Source: Azolla caroliniana
Lineage: Eukaryota; Plantae; Polypodiophyta
Length of the DNA stretch: 64,000 nt
Assembly (NCBI GenBank): GCA_043228905.1
Contig: JBHGNT010000071.1
Location: forward strand, 57,589-121,588
Direction: 5' to 3'
Positions 62,806 through 64,000 of this stretch are shown piece after piece; within the stretch, counting starts at the first letter, position 1; each line of letters begins with the position of its first letter. Below the pieces are notes generated by a model. It ran no database searches, was not told the DNA's origin, and worked only from the letters and a program-made list of their open reading frames with translations. The translations under genes and the position numbers were made by a program.

Positions 62806-63554
62806 ATTTATCCAAGAGGCCTGCTGTTGTGGTACATAGGCATTCCCTGGAGAAAAAATTCAAATTAATAAATGACATGAATAAGAGAATCAAAGGTTGA
62901 AATATCAGTGAGGCCTAAGAAAATGCTTCAGTTCATGTACTTGGAGAGGAAAATGAAAGGTCATATGGAAGTCTTCAAAAGGCCACGAGATCAAACGTTA
63001 CATCCATGTGAATCTTATCGAAGTCTGGTAAAAGAAAGCAAAAGTAAATTGAACCTAAAGTATGCGGTTTGCCTATGTGACTAGGCTGTGATCAGAGAAT
63101 AATGGGTAGAAGTAAAGTGGAGGATACAGGATATGCTGCAGACACATTGATGTAGAGCATGAGTGGATCAGTCCATGAACACTATCATAAGATGATGCAG
63201 CTTGACATAAATCACGCTTGATCTTGAGCAATGATACACAGTAACTTCAGACGCAGGCTCCATCTTCTAATATGATAATCTGTGTATCCTTTTGTTTCTA
63301 GAGAAAAACCTTCTACATTAAAAAAAATCTCTAGAAAAAAACAGCCCTGAACATCTCCAATAATAGAACTCCATCCATGAAAATGATTCAAACCCCTCCC
63401 TAAAGAGGTAGTAGAGACGACCCCGATTTCACTATGAATTGTGATGCAGATGTGGCGCTTCTCAAACTCTGGTTCTTGCCTATGGAGTAGAAACATGGGG
63501 ACCCAGTCTTAACAAGGCAAATCATGGGAAAGATTTAGAGACCTTTAGTGTCAA

Positions 63555-63880
63555 TGATTGCCCGCCCGCATGATAAGGAGCAAAGCATCAGTGCCCCACG
63601 ATATAATCCTGGCAGAGATGGGAGCAACACCTATAATCACTGAGGCATTGTTCCGATCAGTGACATTTATCCAACACCTTTGGGAGCTCCCTAAACAAAG
63701 GTACCCAAGGTTAGCACTTATGTCGTCAAGACAAACCGGCTAAAAATGGAGACATTCATTGTTGGTATGCTTAAATGCAGCAATGGTTCGAGTCACATGG
63801 CATACCTATAGATGCACTACCCCCGTTCGAATATAGATTGGACTGTCTCCATCTAAATATAACCAAAGTGGTAACCTAAT
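63555..63880 (+). mobile_element. Short 3' remnant of a non-LTR retrotransposon ORF
   Basis: KASVPHDIILAEMGATPI..ALFRSVTFIQHLWELPKQRYPRLAL resembles the post-RT region of non-LTR elements; frameshifted downstream. Confidence 0.5.
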
Positions 63881-64000
63881 GCTAGCTTCATTTGGCTCGA
63901 TTTTGTTTTGCTTTTGAGGACATATTACAAGATAGAATAAACTGTTGCTTGAGCCAAGCAAGTGGTAGTGTTCCGGAATGTGATATGTGTGGGAACGGGG

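Overview
AT-rich nuclear DNA of a land plant. The PLS-PPR motif style, gene structures and repeat landscape suggest a fern such as Ceratopteris, which is an inference. Genes that look intact, with splice models reconstructed by hand: the 3' end of a DnaJ-associated DUF3444 gene, a class I HD-Zip transcription factor preceded by a candidate conserved-peptide uORF, a membrane-anchored ubiquitin-fold (MUB) gene, an HMA-domain gene, the NatC catalytic subunit NAA30/MAK3 with an unusual histidine-rich tail, and a PLS-E PPR gene. Disabled genes: U2AF65, an aspartic protease, two PPRs, and intron-retaining 3' fragments of FolD and PLAA/Doa1. Mobile DNA: two L1-type LINEs (one with a twin-priming-like 5' inversion), two TSD-flanked solo LTRs (one nested in another LTR-like sequence, one carrying a tRNA-like Pol III A/B-box module), a further probable solo LTR, and copia and LINE remnants. 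All homology calls are from recognition of motifs by eye; no database search was run.
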